Below, piece by piece: positions 9,923 to 18,041 of a DNA stretch of 54,577 nt. How positions within the stretch are numbered: position 1 is the first letter of the stretch; the number at the start of each line of letters is the position of its first letter. The stretch lies in UHGV virus genome UHGV-0031053. The stretch is one strand, 5' to 3'. This DNA is from a virus. A model generated the notes under the pieces. It did no database searches. It saw nothing but the letters and a program-made list of their open reading frames with translations, and was not told where the DNA came from. The translations under genes and the position numbers were made by a program.

Positions 9923-10128
9923 TTGGGGGTTCAGAATTTATTCATTTGGATAAGTCTGTTCCCGTTACATATAAGTGTTTGGTCTGTGGTGGAAAACGAA
10001 CACTACGTTTCAACTATAAGGATGCTACTACAGGACAATTATGGAGATACGTTAAGTATAAGGCTAGGATTCCTTATGGTGGAAAGATAAAATGTAATAA
10101 ATGCAATGGTCTAATGCAAATGGAGTGA
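9871..10128 (+). CDS. zinc-ribbon protein (CxxC...CxxC)
   Basis: ORF track (TTG start; true start uncertain, possibly downstream). CLVCGG...CNKCNG. Overlaps the end of the previous gene. Confidence 0.3.
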   Translation: MEEKLVNRQKKRKRKEIIGGSEFIHLDKSVPVTYKCLVCGGKRTLRFNYKDATTGQLWRYVKYKARIPYGGKIKCNKCNGLMQME

Positions 10129-10137
10129 GGTGATATA

Positions 10138-10545
10138 GTGGAGCAAGAAAAAATAGAGGCAATAAAAGAAATTTTTAAACGTGATTGGCTTGGTAAGTAT
10201 AGGGATAATAATAGGGAACCTGAGTATGTCGATAAGTATCATTGTCTTACAGTGATGGGGTATTCAACTCTAAAAAAATTTGGTAATTTGCTTATATCCG
10301 AACGGCATTATCATAGATGCTTGAATTTAGCTCATTCGGAATTGTTCGGTGATGAATATGATTTAATGCCTTGCTATTTTAGTAATCAAAATATATATAA
10401 TATGGAATACAATGCTTGTGAAAGAGCCGTATTGAAGGGCATTGAGGATTTGGTTGGATTTCCAGTGGTAATTAGAAAAGTACTTGGAGAAAATGAGGCA
10501 AATGTTGTAGATTGCATTATATTTGAAAAGGGGACAAAAGTATGA
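10138..10545 (+). CDS. hypothetical protein
   Basis: ORF track. GTG start after GGAGTGAGGTG. Confidence 0.45.
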   Translation: MEQEKIEAIKEIFKRDWLGKYRDNNREPEYVDKYHCLTVMGYSTLKKFGNLLISERHYHRCLNLAHSELFGDEYDLMPCYFSNQNIYNMEYNACERAVLKGIEDLVGFPVVIRKVLGENEANVVDCIIFEKGTKV

Positions 10546-10763
10546 ATAAGAAAAATATGAAATTGCGAGATATGACTAGCGAAGATATGCAAAACTATTG
10601 TAATTTATATCATATCGATTGTTCTGACCCACATGTAAATAAATGTTTTTTTAATGGAAAAGGAATTAATTGTCGATGGTGGGACAATAACTGCTGGGTA
10701 AATCATAAGGAATTATATTCAGATTTGTTTCTAAATCAGGAAATTGAGGTGCCTGTGAAATGA
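10542..10763 (+). CDS. Cys-rich domain protein, short member of the modular Cys-rich paralog family
   Basis: C-terminus NKCFFNGKGINCRWWDNNCWVNHKELYSDLFLNQEIEVPVK parallels the tails of 11219-11614, 11615-12016 and 49114-49872. Confidence 0.45.
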   Translation: MNKKNMKLRDMTSEDMQNYCNLYHIDCSDPHVNKCFFNGKGINCRWWDNNCWVNHKELYSDLFLNQEIEVPVK

Positions 10764-10817
10764 AAGTTTATGTTGATGATGAGAAAATTCAAGAAATGAT
10801 AACAATAATGAAGGAGT

Positions 10818-11216
10818 ATGAACATGATGAGAATAACCAAAAAGCTTAACGAACCATATGTAATTGATAATAATACCATTATGTATTATGTAGATTCAAG
10901 TATGAGTGTAATTAATTCAAGTGGATTAAATATGGTTAATAAGTTAGGTAAATTAGAGGATATAGAAGAACAATTAGAGTGTCCTTTAGAAGCTAGGGAG
11001 CAAGCATTAAAGCAAGGATACATTTATACAGCATGGCATAGTAGAGATGGATTTGAAAAACAAGAAATAACCCATTTAGTTTATGACAAAGATATAAAAA
11101 TGTGGATTTTTAAAGACCTTGAAAAAAATACTGAAGGATTTTATTGTGAGTTGGCTAATATTCCTGTTGATGGATATAAAAAGACTTGGTGGCTTAGAGA
11201 GGATGGGAGTGAATAA
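10818..11216 (+). CDS. hypothetical protein
   Basis: ORF track. RBS AAGGAG. The start may be one of the ATGs at 10818-10827. Confidence 0.45.
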   Translation: MNMMRITKKLNEPYVIDNNTIMYYVDSSMSVINSSGLNMVNKLGKLEDIEEQLECPLEAREQALKQGYIYTAWHSRDGFEKQEITHLVYDKDIKMWIFKDLEKNTEGFYCELANIPVDGYKKTWWLREDGSE

Positions 11217-11218
11217 AA

Positions 11219-11614
11219 ATGAATGATAATGTAAAAAAGGTATTTGATATACTAGGTGTTGAACCTTATGAAGAGTTCAAATTGCAAACCGAAGATGGAG
11301 ATATTACTGATAAATTATATCATATTGATGATGAATTAGATATATTATGTGGTGGAAGATTAACATTTGCAAGTGTTGTTTTATTATTAAAAGGTGATTT
11401 TAAAATCATTAAATTACCAAAGAAAAAGAAACTAAGAGATTTAACAATAGAAGAGTATGAAAAATGGTATGAAAATAATTGTGGAGCTAGTGATTGTTAC
11501 GAATGTCCATTTGCTACTGTAAATTGCTCAGCTCACAGTGAAAATGGTTGGGCAAAACATAAAAACTTATTTTCAGATAAATTCCTAGACCAAGAAGTAG
11601 AGGTAAAAGAATAA
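11219..11614 (+). CDS. modular Cys-rich family protein (FDILGVEP module + KLPKKKKLRDLT/Cys-rich module)
   Basis: VKKVFDILGVEPYEEF...IIKLPKKKKLRDLTIEEYEKW...CGASDCYECPF..C...W.KHKNLFSDKFLDQEVEV. Shares near-identical nucleotide stretches with the next gene. Confidence 0.55.
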   Translation: MNDNVKKVFDILGVEPYEEFKLQTEDGDITDKLYHIDDELDILCGGRLTFASVVLLLKGDFKIIKLPKKKKLRDLTIEEYEKWYENNCGASDCYECPFATVNCSAHSENGWAKHKNLFSDKFLDQEVEVKE

Positions 11615-12016
11615 ATGACAGATAATGTAAGAAAAATATTTGATATGCTAGGTGTTGAACCTAATGAGGTGTTTAAAGTTAAAAAACGATACAGTTATTT
11701 TTACAAAATAGATGAAAAATTAAATGTATTTTTTAAATATATGTCATGTGAAGAATGGGGAGAATCAGTCATTAAAATTGGTGATTTTTTAACCGGTGAA
11801 AATGAAATTGTTAAATTACCAAAGAAAAAGAAATTAAGAGATTTAACAATAGAAGAGTATGAAAAATGGGAAGAGAGATGCTGCCCTAATAATGATTGTG
11901 ATAATTGTCCATTTTTTGCTTTTGCATGTAATAGTTCATCCGACTCTTGTTGGATAAAACATAAAGACTTATTTTCGGATAAATTCCTAGACCAAGAAGT
12001 AGAGGTGCCTGAATAA
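11615..12016 (+). CDS. modular Cys-rich family protein
   Basis: VRKIFDMLGVEPNEVF...KLPKKKKLRDLTIEEYEKW...CCPNNDCDNCPF...CWIKHKDLFSDKFLDQEVEVPE. Confidence 0.55.
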   Translation: MTDNVRKIFDMLGVEPNEVFKVKKRYSYFYKIDEKLNVFFKYMSCEEWGESVIKIGDFLTGENEIVKLPKKKKLRDLTIEEYEKWEERCCPNNDCDNCPFFAFACNSSSDSCWIKHKDLFSDKFLDQEVEVPE

Positions 12017-12391
12017 ATGATTGCTACAATAGTATGTGGATTAGTAATTATAGCGTGCATAGTGATTCTTATATTGCATTTGAACGATGTTACTTATTAT
12101 GTAAACGAGGATGCGATATTGTTATTATCTATTGTGTCTTTGCTTATATTAAGTACTAGTTTGATTCTCGGCTACGTACATAATGGTTCTAAAGAGGAAT
12201 GTGAATCAAAGAAGAATACTATTATATTTTTATTAGAGCAAAAACCAGATAAATACTCTATTGAATTGGCAGAAAAATATAATAGAAAAGAACATATTGG
12301 TAACAATTACTGGTGTAGATTTACACTTAGAGAAGAGAATACAATAGACATTTATTCTTATTTGATAGAGTATGGAAAAGAGTCTAAATAA
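12017..12391 (+). CDS. membrane protein, tandem paralog 1
   Basis: N-terminus MIATIVCGL.II.CIV identical to the next gene. Shared GNNYWCRFTLREE motif. Confidence 0.5.
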   Translation: MIATIVCGLVIIACIVILILHLNDVTYYVNEDAILLLSIVSLLILSTSLILGYVHNGSKEECESKKNTIIFLLEQKPDKYSIELAEKYNRKEHIGNNYWCRFTLREENTIDIYSYLIEYGKESK

Positions 12392-12960
12392 TGATAGCAA
12401 CAATAGTGTGTGGATTAATAATTATATTTTGCATAGTTGGGATTGCTATAATGGCATACCAATGGTTTGAATCCCTTTATGATGATGGTTCTTTCTCTGG
12501 GATTATATGTGCGTTCCTTTGCGTAATTGGTGTTGGCATAATATTCTTGGTACTATCTTTGATGATTGGCTACTATAATGTCGACTCTGATGCTAAACGA
12601 GAATTTGAAAAGAATGAAATTGTTAAGATGCTTGAAGAAGGTCCAAACGAGTATAACGTTGGCTTAGCTGAAGAGCATAACAAGAAGGAAAAGCAGGGCA
12701 ATAATTACTGGTGTAGATTTACACTTAGAGAAGAGTACTTGATTGACATTAAATCATATTTATACAATGGTAACAAAGGAGATAAGATGGACGGAATTGC
12801 AAATAGTGATTGCAAGTTTTATGATTTTGGTAAACAATACATAGAACTAAAAGAGGGGTCTATAGTAGAAGTTATAGGTAAGTCCGAAGATTATTATGTT
12901 GTACGATGGAATGGTACGACTGGTCTTATCGATAAGAAATATATAGATTTACAGGAGTGA
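12391..12960 (+). CDS. membrane protein, tandem paralog 2, with C-terminal SH3b-like domain
   Basis: Same N-terminus and GNNYWCRFTLREE motif. C-terminus YYVVRWNGTTGLIDKKYIDL is SH3-like. Confidence 0.5.
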   Translation: MIATIVCGLIIIFCIVGIAIMAYQWFESLYDDGSFSGIICAFLCVIGVGIIFLVLSLMIGYYNVDSDAKREFEKNEIVKMLEEGPNEYNVGLAEEHNKKEKQGNNYWCRFTLREEYLIDIKSYLYNGNKGDKMDGIANSDCKFYDFGKQYIELKEGSIVEVIGKSEDYYVVRWNGTTGLIDKKYIDLQE

Positions 12961-12973
12961 TTTATTAAAAATT

Positions 12974-13010
12974 AGGAAGGCGTTTAATGAACAATCCTTC
13001 TTAATTTTTG
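12974..13010 (+). terminator. rho-independent terminator-like hairpin after the early region
   Basis: AGGAAGG...CCTTCTT stem (7 bp, one G-T) followed by AATTTTT. Confidence 0.35.
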
Positions 13011-13024
13011 CCTTATAATAGTAG

Positions 13025-13054
13025 TTAATTCCTACACAATACTCGTACATTATA
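13025..13054. promoter_or_regulatory. pair of CTACA(C/T)(A/T)ATA boxes, near-identical to 47925-47953
   Basis: TTAATTCCTACACAATACTCGTACATTATA versus TTAATCCTACACAATAAACCTACATTATA. Confidence 0.6.
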
Positions 13055-13108
13055 GGGAAAATAGATGGTAATCGTACACAATTTGGGTGGAAAATTGCTA
13101 AAAAATCC

Positions 13109-13471
13109 GTGTCAAAAACCTTGTCAAATCCATGTCAATTTGTGTCAATTTTTTGGTTTTGACATGAAAATGCGAAAAATGGCGATTAAAATTTGGTGAA
13201 AAATACGAAAAAAGTGCCATTTCTGTGTCAAATTGCCACTTTTGAAAAAAAGTGTCACGGTTTTGACATGGAATTTTGACATGAAAAATTGCGAAAAAAG
13301 TGCGTTTTTTGGTCATTTTTGACTGTTTTTGGGCGTTTTTTGCCGTTTTTTGGGGTATTTTTGGGTAAAAATTGAGTTCTGTGTCAAATTGCCACTTTTT
13401 TTCTTAAAAATAAAATTTTTTTTAAAAAATAAATAATATAAAAATATACAAATTTTTTGAATTTTTTGACA
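13109..13471. repeat. array of at least 10 TGTCAA/TTGACA hexamers plus CGAAAAA-type repeats and a 22-bp direct repeat
   Basis: Four tandem TGTCAA at 13110, 13122, 13133, 13143 (10-12 bp phasing). Inverted TTGACATG at 13159, 13264, 13276, 13466. TCTGTGTCAAATTGCCACTTTT at 13222-13243 and 13378-13399. (A/T)GCGAAAAA(T/A)G at ~13170, ~13204, ~13290. Confidence 0.7.
13316..13375. repeat. phased T-tracts (intrinsically bent DNA)
   Basis: GTTTTTGGGC GTTTTTTGCC GTTTTTTGGGG TATTTTTGGGT: T5-6 runs every 10-11 bp. Confidence 0.55.
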
Positions 13472-13560
13472 TGGCGTAAAAATGAGCCTTTTTCGGCTAA
13501 AATTTAACAATATAAAAATATGCTCTAATAATATAAAATAAGATTATTTTTTTCTTTACA

Positions 13561-13630
13561 AATATAAGACGATATAAGTGAATATAAACTGATATAACCA
13601 AATATGGGCAAATATACGCGGAATATAAAA
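13561..13630. repeat. seven tandem 10-bp repeats, consensus RATATAANNN, exactly helically phased
   Basis: aatataagac gatataagtg aatataaact gatataacca aatatgggca aatatacgcg gaatataaaa. Confidence 0.7.
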
Positions 13631-13754
13631 AATAATATGACAATTATATTTAAAATATAAGGTCGCACGAAAAACAAAGTCTTTTATGGAGAGAATACGT
13701 TTTTATTTTTAATATAACAAGTTCTTTGAATTTTTGTAAAGGGGAAGAGCAACT

Positions 13755-14069
13755 ATGGCAAAAAATAAAATATATCGTGTTGAAGCTGAATATCAAAAGC
13801 ATTTGATAGAAGAAATTTATCATCGCATTGATGAAGTAACAATTCTAAAAAATGATTCTGGTTATCTACAAGGTATTCCAGATTTGTGTATCTTAGGACC
13901 ACGAGGAAAGGATGCTTTGTTAGAGGTCAAGCTTCACGAGAATTCACCACACAGACCAAACCAAGACTACTATATTCAGCGTGAATGTAAACGTGGAGGT
14001 TTTGCTAGATTTATATATCAAGAGAATGAAGAGGAAGTTCTTGGCGATTTGGTGAATTGGTTTAAGTAA
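13755..14069 (+). CDS. VRR-NUC domain nuclease
   Basis: GIPDLCILGPRGKDALLEVK matches the VRR-NUC PD...(E)xK signature. Confidence 0.7.
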   Translation: MAKNKIYRVEAEYQKHLIEEIYHRIDEVTILKNDSGYLQGIPDLCILGPRGKDALLEVKLHENSPHRPNQDYYIQRECKRGGFARFIYQENEEEVLGDLVNWFK

Positions 14070-14089
14070 TTGGAAAGGGGATTATATTT

Positions 14090-14728
14090 ATGAAGTGGAA
14101 TGACCACCATCAATTAGAAGGTAAACATGCCTTCTTAAGTGCTAGCAAATTTACTTGGCTTAATTGGGATCCAGAAACTTTGGAAATGAGATTCTATAGT
14201 CAATATCAACAAGAGATTGGAACTCTTATTCACGAGCTTGCTCACAGGCGTATTGTGTGTAGACGTAAAATTAATAAAAATGATGTCCATTTGATTGAAG
14301 ATGTCATGGACCAGAATTATATTCCAAGAGGAGCTTATGACCCAGCCAAAATATTGGAGAATTTAGTACCATTTATTAATGACGCTATTGGCTTTAGAAT
14401 GGATAGCGAAATCATTCTATATTACAACCAATATTGCTTTGGCACAACTGATGCAATCGTATATGATGAGAAGAATAAGATTCTTAGAATACACGATTAC
14501 AAGAATGGAGTTACTCCAGCACATATGGAGCAGTTATTAATCTATGCGGCATTATATTGTTTGGAATACAACAAAAATCCAAAAGATTTTGCTACTGAGC
14601 TTAGATTATATCAGTTGAGTGAAATTATTGTTCACCAACCAAAGCCAGAAGAGATATTAACAATTATAAATGTTATTAAGCAACAAACATTATGTATTTA
14701 TGGATTTGCAGGAGGCGACATTAGATAA
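14090..14728 (+). CDS. putative PD-(D/E)XK-family nuclease (Cas4/RecB-like fold?)
   Basis: GTTDAIVYDEKNKILRIHDYK fits hhhD...(D/E)xK. Also contains IHELAH, so a metalloenzyme alternative is not excluded. Confidence 0.35.
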   Translation: MKWNDHHQLEGKHAFLSASKFTWLNWDPETLEMRFYSQYQQEIGTLIHELAHRRIVCRRKINKNDVHLIEDVMDQNYIPRGAYDPAKILENLVPFINDAIGFRMDSEIILYYNQYCFGTTDAIVYDEKNKILRIHDYKNGVTPAHMEQLLIYAALYCLEYNKNPKDFATELRLYQLSEIIVHQPKPEEILTIINVIKQQTLCIYGFAGGDIR

Positions 14729-17700
14729 TGGAAGAAAATACTTTAAAGGCATCGGCCGAAGAAATGGAAATGTTCCACGATTTATTTAGTGGAGCCGAAG
14801 AACTAATTAATGAAATAAATGACGAAGATTATATTCAACATTATGGTATGCCAAGACGTTCTGGACGTTATCCTTGGGGCTCTGGTGATAATCCATATCA
14901 ACATTCAGGTGATTTCTTAGCTCGTAAGAATGAGTTAAAGAAATCTGGAATGAGCGAAAAAGAAATAGCTGATTATTTTAATATGTCAACTACACAGTAT
15001 AGAGCAGCTGTATCAATTGCAAATGCTGAGCGTAGATCATATCAAGTAGAAACAGCTAAATCATTAAAAGCTCATGGATATAATAATGTTGAAATTGCTA
15101 AAAAGATGGGATTACCCGGAGAATCATCAGTTAGGTCATTACTTAATTCAGATTCCGAATCAAGAATGAAAAAAGCAGAATCAACAGCGTCAAATTTAAA
15201 GAAATTAGTTGATGAACGAGGTATGATTGATGTCGGTATTGGTGCGGAGCGTCAATTAGGTATATCAAAAGAAAAAATGAACCAAGCACTTGAGATGCTA
15301 AAAATGGAAGGATATGAGGTTTATGGAAATAGAGTTCCACAAGCCACTAATCCCGGTAAATATACAACATTAAAAGTGCTTTGCCCTCCCGGAACTAAAC
15401 ATAGTGAAATTTATGACTATGATAAAATTAATTATATTAATGATTTAACATCAAGAGATGGCGGAGATACATTTGAACCAACATTCGTATATCCTAAATC
15501 ATTAGATTCAAATCGTTTAGCAATTAGATATGCTGAAGATGGTGGCGTAAATAAAGATGGCGTTATGGAAATACGTCGTGGAGTAAAGGATCTATCATTA
15601 GGTGAATCTAATTATTCACAAGTACGTATTTTAGTTGATGGTAAACGTTATTTAAAAGGTATGGCTGTGTATTCAGATGATCTTCCTGATGGTGTTGACA
15701 TTGTATTTAACACTAACAAGGGCAAGGATAAATCAAAAATGGAAGTTTTAAAGGAAATAAAAGAAGATTCCGAAAATCCATTTGGTTCTTCAGTAAGATC
15801 AACCTATTATATTGATGAAAATGGAGAAAGACAGCTATCATTAATAAACAAGCGTTCCGACGAAGGAGAATGGGGGAATTGGTCAGACCATTTGCCATCG
15901 CAGTTCTTAGCCAAGCAATCTTTAAGCCTTATTAAGAAGCAATTAAATTTAACAGCATCTGATAAGGAGGATGAATATGATGAAATATGTCGTCTTACTA
16001 ATCCAACAATTAAAAGAAATATGCTAGAAACGTTTGCTGATGATTGCGACTCTGCTGCAGTTCATTTACAAGCTGCTGCATTGCCAGGTCAAAAATATCA
16101 GGTTATATTACCATTGACATCAGTCAAAGATACCGAAGTATATGCACCAAATTTCAAAGATGGTACGCAAGTAGCACTTGTGCGATATCCACATGGTGGA
16201 ACATTTGAAATACCAATTCTTAAAGTAAATAATAAACTTGAAGAAGGCAAGAAAATGATGGGTACAAATCCAGCTGATGCTATTGGTATAAATAAAAATG
16301 TAGCAGATAGATTATCTGGTGCTGATTTTGATGGTGATACTGTAATGGTTATACCACTAAGTGATAAGGTAAAAATAACTTCTACTAAGCAACTAAAAGA
16401 ACTAGAAGGATTTGATACTAAATTAGCATATCAATATGATGACAAGGTAAAAGATGCTAATGGTAAAGAACATTACTATCGTGCTGGCAAAGAAATAAAA
16501 ATTATGAACAATACCCAAACAGAAATGGGTAAAATTTCAAATCTTATCACAGATATGACATTAAGAGGTGCTTCTACAGAAGAGTTAGCACGTGCTGTTA
16601 AACATTCAATGGTTGTTATTGATGCTGAAAAGCATAAATTAGATTATAAACAATCTGAAATAGACAATAATATTGACCAATTGAAACGTGATTATCAGGG
16701 GCGTGAAGACAGTACACGTTATGGTGGAGCTTCAACTTTAATTTCTAAAGCTAAGTCACCAATCATAATTAATGAAAGAAAAGATGGTGCTTTCTTTACA
16801 AAGGAAGGAAATCATCCAGCATCTGTGGTTGATGAAGATAAGAAAATATATGTAGATGATATTACTGGTGAAATACTAAAGCGTAATCAACTTAAGCCAG
16901 TTGTATATGTAAATCCGGAAACTGGTGAAAAAATGTATCATGATACAAATCGTACATTTAGACAAGCTGTTTATAAGGATTCTAATGGTAAAACTAGAAA
17001 ATCTACTGTTATTACAAAAGATGGAAAAGATTATTTCAAAGATGAGGATGGACAATATACTCAAGTTACAAATGAAATAATTAAGGTTAGAAAAGCAACT
17101 CAAGAATCTACAAAAATGGCTGAAACATCTAATGCAAGAACACTATCATCTGGTACCCCACAAGAGGAAGCATATGCAGAATATGCAAATAAAATGAAGG
17201 CTTTAGCCAATAGAGCAAGAAAAGAAGCATTAGTTACTAAGGATATTCCATATTCTCCAGCAGCTAAGGAAGCATATTCAGAAGAGGTTAAGACCCTTAA
17301 TGCTAAATTAAATATAGCCGAACTTAATGCACCTAAGGAAAGACAAGCTCAAACTATAGCAAATACAGCTATTCGAGCTCAAACGCAAGCAAATCCTAAG
17401 ATGACTAGTGAGGAGAAAAAGAAATTATCTCAAAGAGAAATAGCTAAAGCTAGAATTAAAGTAGGTGCGGGTAAGAAAAATATAGAAATAACACAAAAAG
17501 AGTGGGCAGCCATTCAAGCAGGTGCCATTTCTAAATCTCGCTTACAAAATATCATAAATAATTGTGATACAAAGACGCTGAGACAGTTAGCTACACCTAG
17601 AGATAAGGTATCTGTAAGTAGTTCTAAGATTGGTCGTATGAAGAGTATGGCTAATTGTGGATATACCAATGCAGAAATAGCAGAAGCCCTAGGATTATCA

Positions 17701-17739
17701 GCTTCTACTGTAGTTAAATATATTAATGGAAAGGAGTAA
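14728..17739 (+). CDS. single-chain RNA polymerase homologous to multisubunit RNAP beta/beta-prime (YonO-like), fused to HTH DNA-binding modules
   Basis: Beta-like DPBB: VDGKRYLKGMAVYS (nt 15634-15675) and LPDGVDIVFNTN (15688-15711), cf. GDKMAGRHGNKGVIS...GTPVDIVLNP. Beta-prime-like DPBB: VALVRYPHGG...FEIPIL...SGADFDGDTVMVIPLS (nt ~16180-16365), cf. VLLNRAPTLHRLG...NADFDGDQMAVHVPLS. HTH-like segments near the N-terminus (MSEKEIADYFNMSTTQYRAAVSIA; YNNVEIAKKMGLPGESSVRSLL) and at the C-terminus (GYTNAEIAEALGLSASTVVKYI, sigma region 4/LuxR-like). Confidence 0.75.
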   Translation: MEENTLKASAEEMEMFHDLFSGAEELINEINDEDYIQHYGMPRRSGRYPWGSGDNPYQHSGDFLARKNELKKSGMSEKEIADYFNMSTTQYRAAVSIANAERRSYQVETAKSLKAHGYNNVEIAKKMGLPGESSVRSLLNSDSESRMKKAESTASNLKKLVDERGMIDVGIGAERQLGISKEKMNQALEMLKMEGYEVYGNRVPQATNPGKYTTLKVLCPPGTKHSEIYDYDKINYINDLTSRDGGDTFEPTFVYPKSLDSNRLAIRYAEDGGVNKDGVMEIRRGVKDLSLGESNYSQVRILVDGKRYLKGMAVYSDDLPDGVDIVFNTNKGKDKSKMEVLKEIKEDSENPFGSSVRSTYYIDENGERQLSLINKRSDEGEWGNWSDHLPSQFLAKQSLSLIKKQLNLTASDKEDEYDEICRLTNPTIKRNMLETFADDCDSAAVHLQAAALPGQKYQVILPLTSVKDTEVYAPNFKDGTQVALVRYPHGGTFEIPILKVNNKLEEGKKMMGTNPADAIGINKNVADRLSGADFDGDTVMVIPLSDKVKITSTKQLKELEGFDTKLAYQYDDKVKDANGKEHYYRAGKEIKIMNNTQTEMGKISNLITDMTLRGASTEELARAVKHSMVVIDAEKHKLDYKQSEIDNNIDQLKRDYQGREDSTRYGGASTLISKAKSPIIINERKDGAFFTKEGNHPASVVDEDKKIYVDDITGEILKRNQLKPVVYVNPETGEKMYHDTNRTFRQAVYKDSNGKTRKSTVITKDGKDYFKDEDGQYTQVTNEIIKVRKATQESTKMAETSNARTLSSGTPQEEAYAEYANKMKALANRARKEALVTKDIPYSPAAKEAYSEEVKTLNAKLNIAELNAPKERQAQTIANTAIRAQTQANPKMTSEEKKKLSQREIAKARIKVGAGKKNIEITQKEWAAIQAGAISKSRLQNIINNCDTKTLRQLATPRDKVSVSSSKIGRMKSMANCGYTNAEIAEALGLSASTVVKYINGKE

Positions 17740-17745
17740 CAGTGT

Positions 17746-18000
17746 ATGAAAGAACTTAGAATAACAACGCAAGACAATCCATACAATCCATTCACACAAT
17801 GGGATGATTGGTACATGTTTGATTTGCAAAAAGGCTATCATACATGCGAACGTTTAGCTTCAGTAGCATACACTTCTGATGCACTTTCCGATGATGAGAA
17901 CCTTGAACAAGTTGAAAGAGCAGCTAACATGCTTCTTAAAACTGGTGCAATCAACAAAGAAGGCAAAATTGTTGAGTACAAAAAGGTTTATAGAGACTGA
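17746..18000 (+). CDS. hypothetical protein
   Basis: ORF track. RBS AAGGAG. Confidence 0.45.
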   Translation: MKELRITTQDNPYNPFTQWDDWYMFDLQKGYHTCERLASVAYTSDALSDDENLEQVERAANMLLKTGAINKEGKIVEYKKVYRD

Positions 18001-18041
18001 AATAAGCTCAAAAAGCAATAAAAAAGCTTAAAATGGCTTAA

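Noticed and set aside
13098-13510. Minus-strand ORFs 13098-13316 and 13313-13510 in the intergenic hub
   Set aside because: They are translations of T-rich phased repeats and iterons. No RBS, low-complexity products, and they oppose the uniform + strand gene orientation.
13109-13630. Possible CRISPR array in the repeat-rich hub
   Set aside because: Repeats are 6-22 bp, of several families, irregularly spaced and partly inverted. No regular repeat-spacer architecture of 24-47 bp repeats and no cas genes.
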